From Lama glama (lineage: Eukaryota): a stretch of DNA of 64,000 nt. The notes under the pieces were generated by a model that worked only from the letters and a program-made list of their open reading frames with translations, searched no databases and was not told the origin of the DNA. Positions within the stretch are counted from its first letter, which is position 1, and the number at the start of each line of letters is the position of its first letter. Made by a program: the position numbers and the translations under genes. The DNA lies in the NCBI GenBank assembly GCA_028534125.1, contig CM052824.1, forward strand, positions 39,432,001 through 39,496,000, written 5' to 3'. Below, in pieces: positions 12,400-25,582 of this stretch.

Positions 12400-13130
12400 C
12401 ATCATTCATTGATTAATTCATTCAGAAAATGCTTATTAAGCATCTGTTAGATGACAGCTCCTGTTAAATGCTCAGGGAAACATGGAAGACATGACTCTTG
12501 CCCTTGTAGAAGTTATGGCCAAAAGGAAATCAAGGCAATGAATAAATAATTGGTGAAAAAAATATGACTACACATTAGGGTATAATAGGCAATGGGATAT
12601 TATTATACCTTATGGTGGGAATATGAAAGAGCACCAGCTGCTTGCATATGAGGTGACACACAAAGCAGATAAGAGAGAAGGGACCTTATTTAGGTTAAGC
12701 AGGTGACATTTAAGCTGAGACTTGAGAGTTGACCAGGAGCGCTCAGGTGATGACTCGGGTAGGAAGCACTCCAGGAAGAAAGAATAGCATAAGTGAAGGC
12801 AGTGGGGAGGAGACAGTTGGACACGTGTCAGGAACTGGAAGCAGGCTCATGTGGCCAGTGTGGAATGGGATGGGGCAGTGGTGAAGGAGTGGGTTGAAGA
12901 ATAGGTGGAGGGCAGGTCATGTAAAGTGTAGGCATGATAAAAAACTGGAATTTTATTTCTAACTAATGAGTAGCGATTACAAGGTTAAAGAAGGACTGTG
13001 ACATGGTTTAATGTAGGTTTACAAAAAATCACTAGCTGCTGAGTGGAGGATGAATTTGAAGGAAGTAATAATGGACATGGGAGACTAGTAAGCATGATTT
13101 TTTCATGATCCAGAGGAAAGGTGATAGTCT
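12400..13130 (-). mobile_element. L2 LINE 3' fragment
   Basis: cattcattgattaattcattca tail; aggtgacatttaagctgagacttga; ccaggaagaaagaatagcat. Confidence 0.75.
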
Positions 13131-13572
13131 TTTGCATTATGGATGATCTTGTGTTGGGGATTTTTTTTCTATTGTATTTTTCACTACTAGTGTATGGGAA
13201 CACTATTACGTTTTGTATATTAATTGTACGTTCAGCAACTTTGCTGCTCACTCTTATTAGGACACAAAGTTTATCTGAAAATCATGCTAGGTTTTCTGTT
13301 TCTATAGTCAGTTATATTTTCTGCAAACAAGGATGTTTCTTTTAAATCTGTATTTAAACATTTTTCTTCTTGTAATAATGCATTGATTAGGACTTCTAGT
13401 TCGCTGTTGAGTATAGCACTCTTGTGCCATTCTTGACATTGGTAAATATCTTGTAAGTCCCACTTACAGATTTTGATGGTTATTATTTTTCAGGTTAAGG
13501 AAATTCCCTTCTATTCCTAGTTGGCTAAGAGTTCTGTTGTTTTTTTTTTTTTAATAAAAAAATGAGATTGAT

Positions 13573-13722
13573 GGGGGAGGATATAGCTCAGCCTTAGAGT
13601 GCATGCTTAGCATGCACAATGTCCTGGGTTCAACCCCCAGTACCTCCATTAAAAAATAAAATAAAATAAATTAAATTAATTAAAAAATACGTAAAGAAAC
13701 TAATTACCTCCCCCCACCTCCA
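13573..13722 (+). mobile_element. tRNA-Ala-derived SINE (camelid Vic-1-like)
   Basis: GGGGAGGATATAGCTCAG...GGTTCAACCCCCAGTACCTCC head, A-rich middle, TAATTACCTCCCC tail; flanking aaaaaaatgaga repeat. Confidence 0.85.
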
Positions 13723-13879
13723 AAAAAAATGAGAGTGGAATTTTACTGAGTGCTTTTCCAAAGTCTACTTAGATGATCATAGATTTCCTTTCATCTGTAA
13801 TATGGTGAATTATATTGAGAGATTTTCCATGTTGACCCATTCTTTCATTCCTGGGATAAACCCTGCTTGATCCTATTAT

Positions 13880-14332
13880 CAGTTTGGATTAAGTTTGGCT
13901 GTAACGGGGCCTCAATAATTTCTCTCTTGCTTAAAAAAAAGGAAAAGCTTGGATGTAGAAGTTCAGTGTCAGGCCCCTAGGCTCCTCCTGTCTTGCCGAT
14001 CTTCTACCCTTTATGTATCACCTCATATCCAAGCAGCTGATGCTCAAGCCCCAGCCATCCTGTCTGCATTCTGAACAGTGCCAAGGAGGAAGAGAGGGGG
14101 AGGATGCAGCCCTTCCTTTGCAAAACGATTTCCTGAAAGTTACACACAACGCTCTCACACATCACATTGGCTAAAGCCTCATCCCATGGTGGCATCTAGC
14201 CTCAAGGGAGGCTGTGGAATAGTCTCTCATTAGGAAGCAATGTGCAGTGAGCAGAGCTGAAAATCAGGGTTCTTATGGCTGAAGACAAAGAGAAGGATGG
14301 ATACCTGGAACTCTAGCAGTTTTTGTCACAGT
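13880..14332 (-). mobile_element. Old MaLR (MLT1J/K-like) LTR inside the L1
   Basis: ggattaagtttggctgtaac...catcacattggctaaagc...ctagcctcaagggaggctg; same architecture as the 19.4 kb copy. Confidence 0.55.
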
Positions 14333-17300
14333 CTTGCTATGTTATTTTCATGTACGTTGCTGGATTTTGGATAGCTATTCTTTTAAGATTTTTATATCTA
14401 GGTTCGTAAGTGGTATTGTCCTACAGTTTTGTTTTTATTGTTGTTCAGTTCAGGTATTAAGGTTATGCTAAGACTCCTAAAATGAGTTTGGTAGCATTTT
14501 CTGTGTTTCTGTTCTTTGACAAAATTTGTGTAAAATAGGAATTATCTATTCCTTAAAGGGTTGGTAAAGGTTGCCTATCTGGGCCGGATGCCTTTTTGGG
14601 ATAGGAGACACTTTTTGAACTGTAGCTTCAGTTTCTTTAGTGGTTTTTGATCTCTTCTGGATTTATTTTTCTTCTTGAATCAATTATGGTGATTTATATG
14701 TTTCTAAAAAAAAAGGACCATTTTACAAAAATTGACAGTTTTCAAAACTTTTGGCACAAATATTTCTCAGTATTATAATTTTATAAATTTTCATTGTATT
14801 TATAAGATATGCCTCCTTTTTATTCCTAATATGACATATTTATACCCTACCTTTCTTTCTTCATCCATTTTGCCCAAGATTTATATCTTATATCATTTTA
14901 ATACCTTTTTAAAATTATATTTTATTAATCTTTTTTTTTTTAAACTAGCTTTTAGTTTGGGTAAGCATCTCTACTTTTCTCTTTTATCTTTAATATTTCT
15001 TTTCTTCTTCAACTTTTGTGTTATTATTTTCTTTTTTCTACCATATTTAAAACATTTTTCAACCTCTTAAACACTACTACTTATTTTCTAATGTGTTTTT
15101 AAGGCTATCAATTCCCTCCTAACTACTGTATCTTCTATAAGATGCTGTCTCTGCATCTTACAAGTTTTGGGATGTGATATTTTCATTATTCAGTTCTAAA
15201 TAATTTGTAACTTTCATCATAACTTCCTTTTTAACTCGTAAATTATTTAGAAGACTTTTTTAAGTTTCCAAGTGTATTTTTGTGTGTGAGGGTCATAGAA
15301 CGCATTCTATATGATACTCATTCCTTAAATTTGTTGAGTCTTCCTCCATCATACACACATACAGTATATGTGTGGTCAGATTAATATAAATTGTATTTTT
15401 CAAATGTTTATCTTTGCTTTTTTCTTGGATATTTGATCTACCAGTTCTGAGAGAGGTGTGTTAAAAATGTTTCATCATGATTGTGAGTGTGTCATTTTCC
15501 CTGGGAATTTTATTAAGTTTTTCTTTAGTTTGAGAGTGCGCTGTTTAGTATTCAGGCTTATGATTGTTGTATCTTCTTGGCAGGTTGGCCCTATTATCAC
15601 TAAGTAGGCTGTTTTTCATCCTTACTATTGGTTTTTGCCTTGCAGTTGATTTTCCCTGATTTTATTGCAATGTCTGCTTTCTTTTGGTTAATATTCCAAT
15701 ATATATTTTTCTGTCTTCTGACTTTCAACCTTCCATATCCTTATGTTTTAGATTTGTTGCTTGTAAGCAATATGGAGCTAGAATTTAACAGACATATTTA
15801 ATCCATTCATGTATTTTGATGACTGATTTATTTGGTCTTATGTCTATCATCTCTTTAAAAATTTTCTATTTGACATGCTTTTTCTTTGTTTTTCTGCTCC
15901 CCTACTTTTCTGCCATCTGTTGAACCCATCCAAGTGACTTTATTTCTCTTGTTTCTACCACTGGTTTGGAAATCTACATTTCAGTAGTGATTTTCCTCAA
16001 ATTTTAAATGAAAATACTAAATTTCATATTTCTCTAATAAAGTCTAAAATTAGTATTTTTATCGTGAAATAGGCACAAAACAAAACCTTGGAACACTTTA
16101 ATCTCCTTCTTAACTCCCTCTTCCTATCTTGCACATTATAGTTTTCTAGTATTTTGATTATACCTCTTTAAAAATCTCTGCCAAATCAGTTGTTGTTACA
16201 TCTTTTATGGTTTAATAGTTTGGATTTACTAACATGTTTTAACAATGTATGTGTTCACTGTGGCTTGTTACTGCCCACTGCTTCCCCCGGGATTCAGCTT
16301 CCTTTATGCTGAAGTACTGCCTGAGCTTGGGACCAGTTTTAAAGTTAAAATCTCAGCTTGAGGTTTCTGTATCTCACTGGTTCTACTCATTCAAACCCCA
16401 CACCCACACACAGAGTAGCCTTAATATTCTGATTTCTCAGCATCCTGCTTCCAGGCCATGTACCTGAAACATGACATGAGTTTTCTAGTCCACGTTTGTA
16501 AATGAAACAAGGTTTTTTTGGCAGCTGGCTTTATACATGGGGTCTCCTTCCAGGTCCCCAGGGTGCACAGGCTTGGAGTCTCTCCTCTCATCTTTCCTGG
16601 GCATTACCATGTAGCCGCTAGCATATGTCTGGCCCCATATTCCTGTGGCTAACTTGGCTTAGATTTCCTTTCACCACTCAGATTTTGAATTTCCTTCTGC
16701 TTTTTTTTTTGGGGGGGGGTACCTGAAGATTTCTCTTTTCTATTTTCAGGGCTTGGCATTGTAGCAGAACCACCTTTTGGGCTTTATTTGATCCAACATT
16801 TCTACGTGTGTGAGGATGGAGGGGGTGGGAACTTGCTAAATTGGTTTAGTCCACTGTGTTGATCAGTTGTCTGGACTAGGCTATTAGCAGCAGATACAGA
16901 GAGAAGTGGACCGATTTTGGAAGTGTTTGGAGTGAAGTCAAGGAAGGGTGAAGATAGGCAGAGAAAGAGGTCTTCCTTGTTCTCCTGTAGGTGTTTGGGG
17001 AGGTAGTGTTAGAGTGGGCTGGAGAGGGGAGATGGTGTTGGACAAATGTCCAAAGAACTGAATTGCTTGGGACAGGTGATCACACCGGGAATCCAGAGGA
17101 GGTGACAGGTGGGAGAGAAGAAATCTGGCGCATCTTTCTGGCCAGGCTCCCTTGCTTGTCTGCTGAAGGCACCCTTAGTTATACACCTGCACTGTCCTTT
17201 CTGTCCCTTATGTCCCTGGCACTTTAAGTCTGACTTACCACACACCATGCCCCAACTGGTACATAAAAGTGAGCCATGGATACCAGCAGCCTTTCTAGGC

Positions 17301-17634
17301 ACACTTCCAGGTCTAGCCCCCCACCTGCTGCCACCCCATTTTCTTGGACTCTCGTCCTTGCTCCTGTCTCACTGGTCCCAGTATTTCTCTCTCTTTCTCT
17401 CTGTACTTTGGCTTGAAAAGTTGCCAGAGAGGAAAGGTTTCTCCTTTTCTGCCTTTCAGGGTGTTCCCTGCTAACCTATTGGGTGAGGAATTCGGATTTA
17501 TTGTTCCTTATACCTGGGGGTTGTCTGTGGGTCCTTCCTGGTGTTCGTCATCAGTGGTGACTTGACCTAGAAATAAACAAGGGTTGGGGCTGGTGCCCCT
17601 TCAGTTCTATCTCCACTGCCCCTCCACTTAAGAT

Positions 17635-17995
17635 GCATTTGTCTGCAGACATTTATTGTATATTTATTATTTGTCAAATACTATGTGGGCACTGAGGATA
17701 CAAAGGTGAGCTGACCCAGACACAGCCCCTGGCCTGTGAAGCTTGCTGCCACATTAATCTGAGAACCTCAGAAATGATGTAGAAATAGGTGCCACGAGGA
17801 GAGCTATGGAGACTGTGAGAGTGTATAATAGGGGGCTTTGACCCAGTCAGAAGGGTCAGGCATGGATTCCCAGAGAAGGTCACATTGGAGTGATTATCTG
17901 AAGGATGAACAAAAATTAACTAGGTGAAAATGGAAGATGCGTGTTCCAGGCAGAAGGACCAGCAGGTGCTAAGACCCTATGGTGGGAGGAAGCAT
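17635..17995 (-). mobile_element. L2 LINE 3' fragment
   Basis: acatttattg...gggcactgaggatacaaaggtga...ttcccagagaaggtcacatt...ttccaggcagaaggaccagca. Confidence 0.7.
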
Positions 17996-18240
17996 AATTA
18001 AGAAACAGTTACCAGCCCTGTCTCAGAGCATCCTACAGCACCTGTCTTCCCAGACTGAGCACACTCCAGGCCATGATAAAAGAATGCATCAAATGTCCTT
18101 GCTGAACGTTAGAAGTCCTTTCCTAGGACTTTTTGAGAACATCAAACCAGGTGATTTTTGCCTCTAACTCTCTTTAACCATAGGATCCCCTTATATCTTC
18201 CATTTCTAGATTCCCTCCCACTAAGATCTTATCTTAAATT

Positions 18241-18445
18241 CCAGATTTAGCAAAAACAAAACAAAATAAACAAGTGAGAAGTACCAGACCATGCAATTAA
18301 ATTTGATTATCAGATAAACAATGAATAATGTATAGTATAAGTATTTTCCAAAAATTACATGAGACATACTTACACTAAAGAATTATCTGTTATTTATTTG
18401 AAATTAAAATTTAACTGGGAGTCCTATATTTTATCCAACAACCCT
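18241..18445 (+). mobile_element. MER53-like palindromic DNA-transposon relic
   Basis: ccagatttagcaaa...ttaaatttgattatcagataaacaatgaataat...tagtataagtat, mirrored by catacttacacta...tttgaaattaaaatttaactggg...caaccct. Confidence 0.8.
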
Positions 18446-19349
18446 ACTTATACCCACTTGTGCCCTACCAGGGCTATCTGGAGAACTCTGTGTGGGAAAT
18501 CCACCCCTTCCTTAGCATCATGGTCATTTCTGGCTTTGGGACCTTGGGAAGGAAATGTGCTGAAAGAACAGAGCCTCTGGCCCCTGGGAAGGAAGCTTCC
18601 ATCCTCATGAAATTATATTCCAAGAACAGTCCTGCAAAAGCAATGAGTTGCTGACTGACCACAAGCCTGGGGTGTAGACACTGCCTCCATTCCTCAATTG
18701 TCAGCTCCAGGATGGTTCCTGACTGATTGTCACGACTCTTCCTGAAGCTCCCACCCTAGCCCCACCTTGGCATCATTGTCACAGCCCCCAGGCTGGGGTG
18801 GTGGACTCGGGGAGCCCTGATTGATGATATGTCTAAGCTCTTAGATGCTTTCTCAGAGAGGGAGTTAATACAACGGCTGAGCCTTGCTGAAATGTCCCTG
18901 CCTGTTCCCCCTTCCACCCCGCCACCCTGCTGCCAAATACTCCTGGCAAAACCTCTTGACAACCCCTGAAAGTTGAGCATTTCTTGGACACTGTGTCCCT
19001 TGGGATAAGCCAGTTTCTTCCCAGAGCCTTTTGTATTAGCCCTTAGAGAATCACAATAGAAACATCTCTCTGAAGTAATCGTGATAACAACTTGCAGAAT
19101 CATCGAGAATGTGATCATTGTCATCCTAGAGGACTTGAGGGAAGGAGGCCTCCTCAACCTTGTTAAAAGGCTTGGGGAGAAAATATTGCAAAAGTTGTTG
19201 TTGTGAATTAGTGATTGTTCATGACTGAAGCCAGTTTCTATCCTATATTTGCAGCTATTGTTGAAGACCACAGCAAATGCCGCCAAATCCAAAACTAAGT
19301 AGGGACATAAGCCCTGAAATTCACTACCCTGAAAATGCATCTTTAAGAG

Positions 19350-19830
19350 TTAGGATTAGGTTTGGCTGTGAGTTACAGAAAACCCTCAAATGACAATGAC
19401 TTAAATATGATAGAAGTTTATTTCTCTCTTGCAGAGAGAGTCAATTGAAGGCTGGTAGGTGTTCCGCAGTGTCGAGACCCAGACTCCTATCTTATTGCTT
19501 CTTCATCTTTAGCACTTAGCTTCCATCTCATGTTCCAGGATGGCTGCTTGACGTCTAGCCATCATGTCTGCATTCAGGTCAGCAAAAAGGAGAAAGGAAC
19601 AAAGAAGGGCATGCCCCCTCCTTTTAAGAACATTTCCTGTAAGTTGCAAGTACCACTTCTGCTTATATCCTATGAGCTAGAACTTAGCCATATGGCTACA
19701 CCTAGCTGCCTGGGGGTTTGGTAAAAGAATCTTTATTCCAAGTGACCATGTGTCTAGCTTAAAACTGTGGGATTCTATTACTAAGGAGAAGAAAGGAGAA
19801 TTGGATGTTGAGGGATGATTCGTGTTCTCT
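19350..19830 (-). mobile_element. Old MaLR (MLT1J/K-like) LTR
   Basis: ggattaggtttggctgtgagttacagaaaaccc...gatagaagtttatttctctct...agaacttagccatatggctacacctagctgc. Confidence 0.65.
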
Positions 19831-20569
19831 ACCATCCATCCTTCCTTCCAACCAGCCAACCACCAACTACTCAACCAGCATTTATTTGGACTGCCCCATT
19901 TAGTAAGGGGGTACTAAATACGTAACTAACTACAATACAGTGTGATATGGAGTATAAAAGAGGTTTTATGCAGAGTGCAGTGGGAGAACAGGTAGAAATG
20001 ATCAACAGCAATCATAATAATAACTATGGTGGTCTAGCTGGGTTCTCAGTGCTGCATTCCCAGTATTTCATTTGTCCACCTCCTTTTCAGTGCCAGCTAC
20101 AAACCGTCCTGCCTCACCATATTGTAGCTAACATTTACAACGGGTAGGACCAGCACTACTCTTAAGTTCCTTAGATACATTATCTCATAACAACCTTATG
20201 AACAGGTACTGTTGTCATTGTCATTTATAGATGAGAAAACTGAGGCACAAGCCATAGAGCTGGGTTTTGGACCTAGGCGGTCTCTCTCCAGAGCACATGT
20301 GCTTAACCGCTCGGCAAGCCTGCCTCCCCTAAAGCTGCTCATTCTCATTCCCTCCCCCAGCCTCCCCACCCCCAAATCTGCAGCAGACAGCCTCCCTGCT
20401 TACTTCATTGTAACCATTGAACTTACCTGGTGGGCCCTCTCTCCACTTCCAGACCAGCCTCCAACTTCCTTGCACCTCTTCCCTTGGCCCCTCCAACAGG
20501 CCTGCCTCGGGGCTTGAGCTATCTGTCTTCCGGATTAAAACTGCCCCTCTCCCTTGATCCTAGCAGACA

Positions 20570-20800
20570 GTGGAGTGTAATGTTTTAAGAGCTGGCCTCC
20601 GCAGACAGGCTGCACTCAACTGATAACTGTCTGATCTTAGAATGTCACTTAGCTTCTCTAAGCCTTAGTTTTCTCATCTGTAAATAGGGGTGATACTCAC
20701 AGTCTTATCATGGGACTGTGTGTAAGGACTGGGCATATTTATTCATGTAAAGTGCTTTGCCTCACACACAGTCACCGTTCAGAGGGTGTTAGTTATTATT
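20570..20800 (+). mobile_element. MIR SINE
   Basis: tcacttagcttctctaagccttagttttctcatctgtaaatagggg. Confidence 0.7.
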
Positions 20801-20873
20801 TATTCCCCTTAGATCTGGTCCTTGGGTTACTGCCTTTCTCTTCTCTGTCTTCAATTGACTTCTCTTTACAGGT

Positions 20874-21388
20874 TGTATTAGTTACCTATTGCTGCTATAA
20901 TAAATAGCCACAAACTTAATGGCATCCAATAATACATATTTATTATCTTACATATCTAGAGGTTGGTGGCCTGAACTGGGTCTCACTGGGCTAAAACCAA
21001 GGTGTTGGCAGAACTGATCCCGTCTGTAGTCTCTGGGAAGCATCACCCTTCCCAGTTTCTAGAGGCTGTCTGCATTCCTCGGCTTGCAGCCCACCTCTGT
21101 CTTCAAAGCCAGCAGTGGTGGGTTGGGTCCTCACATCTCTTCACTTCAACCCTTGATCCCATTGTCCCATCCCCTTCTCTGATTCTGACTCTCCTGCCTC
21201 CTTCCTTCACTTATAAGGACCCTTGTGGTGGGGGTTAAAATGGACACACCGGGACAATGCAAGCTTTCATCTTGCTATTTTGGTGTAATCATTTCTGCAA
21301 AGTCCTTTTTGCTATGGAAGGTAGCATATTCACAGGTTCCGGGAATTAGGACATGAACTTCTTTGGGAGGCCATTATTCTGCCTACCC
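20874..21388 (-). mobile_element. MaLR (MLT1-type) solo LTR
   Basis: tgtattagttacctattgctgc...tctcactgggctaaaaccaaggtgttggcag...ccattattctgcctacc. Confidence 0.85.
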
Positions 21389-21756
21389 CTGGGGATATGG
21401 CATGTGAGAACCATCCTAAACAAAATGTCTCTCCTTTCCCACCCCTACCCCTAGCTCTATTGAGATATAATTGACAAGTACCCAAAATAGCCCTGCCTTA
21501 AATGTACCTTGTCTTCTTTCTTCTTCTCTTCTCAACCAAGCTCTTTGGAAGAGCTGTCTTGCCTAGTTTTCTCCACCTCCTGACAACCCCCTACCATCTG
21601 AGTCTGCCCCCATACTCCACCAAACCACTTCTTGCCCTGAATGCCAGTGGTTTCCATATTGCCAAGTCCATAGACACGCTTAATTCTCAGCTGGCTGCAT
21701 TTTCCAGTTGGCTGCTCATTCCTTCTTGAGACCCATTTTTGGGATTCTTCCCTGAC

Positions 21757-22256
21757 NNNNNNNNNNNNNNNNNNNNNNNNNNNNNNNNNNNNNNNNNNNN
21801 NNNNNNNNNNNNNNNNNNNNNNNNNNNNNNNNNNNNNNNNNNNNNNNNNNNNNNNNNNNNNNNNNNNNNNNNNNNNNNNNNNNNNNNNNNNNNNNNNNNN
21901 NNNNNNNNNNNNNNNNNNNNNNNNNNNNNNNNNNNNNNNNNNNNNNNNNNNNNNNNNNNNNNNNNNNNNNNNNNNNNNNNNNNNNNNNNNNNNNNNNNNN
22001 NNNNNNNNNNNNNNNNNNNNNNNNNNNNNNNNNNNNNNNNNNNNNNNNNNNNNNNNNNNNNNNNNNNNNNNNNNNNNNNNNNNNNNNNNNNNNNNNNNNN
22101 NNNNNNNNNNNNNNNNNNNNNNNNNNNNNNNNNNNNNNNNNNNNNNNNNNNNNNNNNNNNNNNNNNNNNNNNNNNNNNNNNNNNNNNNNNNNNNNNNNNN
22201 NNNNNNNNNNNNNNNNNNNNNNNNNNNNNNNNNNNNNNNNNNNNNNNNNNNNNNNN
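21757..22256. other. Assembly gap, exactly 500 N
   Basis: N run counted. Confidence 0.95.
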
Positions 22257-22639
22257 AGAGAGCTTCTTGAGGTACTGACTTGAGAACCATGGGGCCTGGG
22301 GCACCCATGCTTCTGTTCCAGACTGCATAGCCTGTTTCCATCAAGACAGAGTATGATCTGCTCAGGACCCCTCAGAGGACAGTGTAAGGTGCAGATGCAG
22401 TGATGCCAGAGGACAGATCCCTGTTATGTGGGGTAACAGGAAAGCAGATAGGGAAGGCAGATCTTCGATGATGTATTTATTGGGGCAGGCTCCACCTTTA
22501 CCTGTGTGGTTTGCAATTGTTGGAGCTCTGAAAGGGCCAGAGGCTAACTGGAGCTCAAAGCACAAAAACATTCAAAGGGAGCCAAAGTGCATCCTAACTG
22601 TTCAGTTAGACACATAAGACTCTTACAAGAAGCAGAGCC

Positions 22640-23020
22640 AAATAGTGGAAGTAGACTGCTGAGGGAGGAACAGTGCTGAGGATGGTCCTGGGGGGCAGTC
22701 AGGAGGCTCACAGAGGAAGAGGGGACTTGAGTAGGGAGCAAGGAGGAGGAAGGCCATTTCAGGCAGGGGAATAACTTGTGCAAAGGCTTAGAGTCAGAGC
22801 CAGTATAATCTACTTGGTGAAGGAGGATGCAGGGGAGATGAGGTTGGAGAGGACTGCATCCAGAGCATACACCAGCACTTGGGTAAATGCTAGGAGAAGA
22901 AGCCTGGGCTTTATCTTGTTGGCACTGGGGAGCTCTGGAAGGGTTTTGAGCAGGGGAATGAGCTGGGCATAGGTCGGCTTTAGGAGGGCTACTCCAGTCC
23001 TGGGTGGATTGGTGAGGGAA
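22640..23020 (-). mobile_element. L2 LINE fragment
   Basis: caggcaggggaataacttgtgcaaaggc; ggaagggttttgagcaggggaatga. Confidence 0.65.
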
Positions 23021-23061
23021 TGTTGGGCCCCAGATCCTAAAATATGCAAGGTATAATTTTA

Positions 23062-23342
23062 TTTTATTTTAAAAATTATTTTATTATTATTATTTTGTAT
23101 TGAAGTATAATTGACCTACAACACTACTGAGTGCCAAGTGCACAAATCTGATATTGCTATACATTATACCGTGATCACCACCGTAAGTCTAGCTACCATC
23201 TGTCACCATGTAAATTATTATAGTATCATTGACTATATTCCCTGTGCTGTACATTTCATCTCTCTGACTCATTTATTTTGTAGCTGGAAGTTTGTCTCTT
23301 TTAATCTCCCTCACTCACCTATTTCACTCATCCCTCCAACCA
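23062..23342 (-). mobile_element. LINE-1 3'-end fragment with 15-bp TSD
   Basis: ttgaagtataattgac...tatattccctgtgctgtac L1 3' UTR; TSD caaggtataatttta at 23047-23061 and 23343-23357. Confidence 0.85.
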
Positions 23343-23470
23343 CAAGGTATAATTTTAGACAGAGGAGGTACCTTGGCAATTACAGATCCATTCCTATCAT
23401 TTTATATTGTATATCTGTGTATGTATTTATATATAATATATAATCACATATATCATGTAATATATTTTAT

Positions 23471-23478
<8 letters not shown>

Positions 23479-23520
<42 letters not shown>
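23479..23520. repeat. (AT)21 microsatellite within an AT-rich tract
   Basis: Read directly. Confidence 0.95.
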
Positions 23521-23524
<4 letters not shown>

Positions 23525-25097
23525 GCATATACATATATGTATTAGATGGCCCAGGTGGAGGGTGAATGACTTCCCAAAGGCACATATTGACAAGGCCAGC
23601 ATTAGAACTCAGGTCTGCCTCCTAGTCCAGTGCACTTCTTCTGTGCTGTACTGAGTGGAGGCAGAGATGTCTGAAGGAGGCTGATCCAACAGTCAAGGAG
23701 AAAGCAATGCATATCTTGACCAGGGCAGGACAGGGCAGGCGCCAAGGTGAAGACCATGTGGGAGGCAATGCAGATATGTTCTTGCTTTCTCTCTGTCTGG
23801 ATGGGGGTTGGGACATAGGGCTGGTTGGAGACTGCACATGAGTGCATCTCTCTTTCCTGGGTCCTGCAGCATCCTTCTGGGCCTGGTTTCTATGGCAACA
23901 GGCTCCCAGCAGGCAGTCTGCCAGCTGGAGGGAAGCAAGCAGGCAAGGCAGGCAGGGAGAGGAGGCCTGGGCAGCAAAGAGGAAGGCTGAAGTTGTGTGG
24001 GGTGGGGGAGTCTCCTGGGAAGCTGGAAGGGCCCCTAGACCTGACCCCCCCGAGCCCCTCTCTCTTCTGACCATATGAGGATGGAAGTAGCCTAGGACAC
24101 ATGGGCTTTTTTTTTTAATGTCCTTGAATTTCCAGACCTCAAACTTCTGTTTACCTCTCACCACCCCCGCATCTCCTGACTCTCACTTCTTTAAGTTTTG
24201 TCTGACCCCAACCTCATGCCCTTCGGGGAGCACTTATTTCTTCAGAAAAAAGAGCCCCCACTCTGAACTCAGGGTGGGGGAAACGAATAAGGCCAACTGA
24301 CTTTCTGTTTTGCAAATTTTTGCATATTATTAACTCAAAGACAAGAAATTTCCAGGCCCTGTGTCATTCCTGCCAACAACTTAATTCCACTCCACTGGCA
24401 CAGGCTGACTGTGTCTGGCCAGGCTCCTTGCTGCGCGGTGGGGTCCCCAGAGGAGAAGTCCTCCCAGCTGCAGCCCGCCCCTCTCCCCCAGCTGCTCTAA
24501 GGCAGTTCTTCCTGATGTTCGAGCAGCTGGTGTGGTGAGAGGTTCTTGGGCTGTGGAGTGTGGCGGCCCTGGGTCCAAATCCTGGCTCTGCTTTTTTGCA
24601 GCTGGGTGACCGTGGGCCTCTCTGGGCCATAGTTGACTCATCACTCCATAGGGCTGAGGATATATCTCCCTCTCTATCTGTATAGCTGGTATAAACTAGC
24701 AAAGATGTATTATTTGTTAAAATGCTGAAATACTTCTGTGTTCATTGGTAAAGGGCTGCCACCCGGAACCCTCTCTGGGCCCCTCTGGTTTGCCCCACAA
24801 TCCCCACTTCTGCAGGTTGTGCCCTAGCACTTCGGCTCTGTCTGCCTGGTTGGTGTATGCCAGCATCTGTTCTGTTCAGGTTGTTAAATGTTTTGAGTAT
24901 CACGCCTGTCTACAAGCCGTGCAATAGGTAGGTACATTACCCAGCTGTGACAAGGGATGATATATTTAAAAGTTGTGAATTCATGTCCATCTCTTTGGAG
25001 GTTTCCTTTCTCATTTCCTTTCCTTTTGGCTCTGGGTGTGGGTGAGGCTGGGATGAGATTCAGCAGGGGCAGAGATGACTGCCACCTCTCTCACTAG

Positions 25098-25582
25098 GCG
25101 GGCGAGGTTCAAGCGCTCCAACAGTGTGNNNNNNNNNNNNNNNNNNNNNNNNNNNNNNNNNNNNNNNNNNNNNNNNNNNNNNNNNNNNNNNNNNNNNNNN
25201 NNNNNNNNNNNNNNNNNNNNNNNNNNNNNNNNNNNNNNNNNNNNNNNNNNNNNNNNNNNNNNNNNNNNNNNNNNNNNNNNNNNNNNNNNNNNNNNNNNNN
25301 NNNNNNNNNNNNNNNNNNNNNNNNNNNNNNNNNNNNNNNNNNNNNNNNNNNNNNNNNNNNNNNNNNNNNNNNCCCCTGCCCCTACCCCCGGCCCCGGGTC
25401 CGGCCGCCGTGACTCCTGGATGGAGCGCGGCTCACGGAGCCTCCCCGACTCAGGCCGCACGTCCCCCTGTCCACGGGATGGCGAGTGGTTCATCAAGATG
25501 CTGAGGGCGGAGGTGGAGAAGCTGGAGCACTGGTGCCAGCAGATGGAGCGTGAGGCGGAGGACTATGAGCTGCCGGAGGAGA
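25098..25582 (+). CDS. DLGAP3: DLGAP3 internal coding exon, 485 nt, middle 244 nt unsequenced; start of the GKAP-homology (GH1) domain
   Basis: Acceptor cactAG at 25096-97 (AG|G = Arg). Translates RARFKRSNSV-[gap]-PAPTPGPGSGRRDSW...DGEWFIKMLRAEVEKLEHWCQQMEREAEDYELPEE. Donor GTAAGT at 25583. Frame is preserved across the gap. Confidence 0.93.

Larger units (their letters stand above)
13140..16250 (-). mobile_element. Ancient L1M ORF2 fragments, interrupted by a SINE and an LTR
   Basis: Motifs such as aggttaaggaaattcccttctattcctagtt, cattcctgggataaaccctgcttgatc and tctgagagaggtgtgttaaaa match antisense L1 ORF2. Confidence 0.75.

Noticed and set aside
18756-19340. 194-aa minus-strand ORF in the DLGAP3 intron
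   Set aside because: No recognisable domain, splice context or coding-like composition.
21532-22344. Long ORFs spanning N runs (also at 27.4-28.5, 45.4, 57.1-57.8 and 61.5 kb)
   Set aside because: Artefacts of N codons lacking stops.
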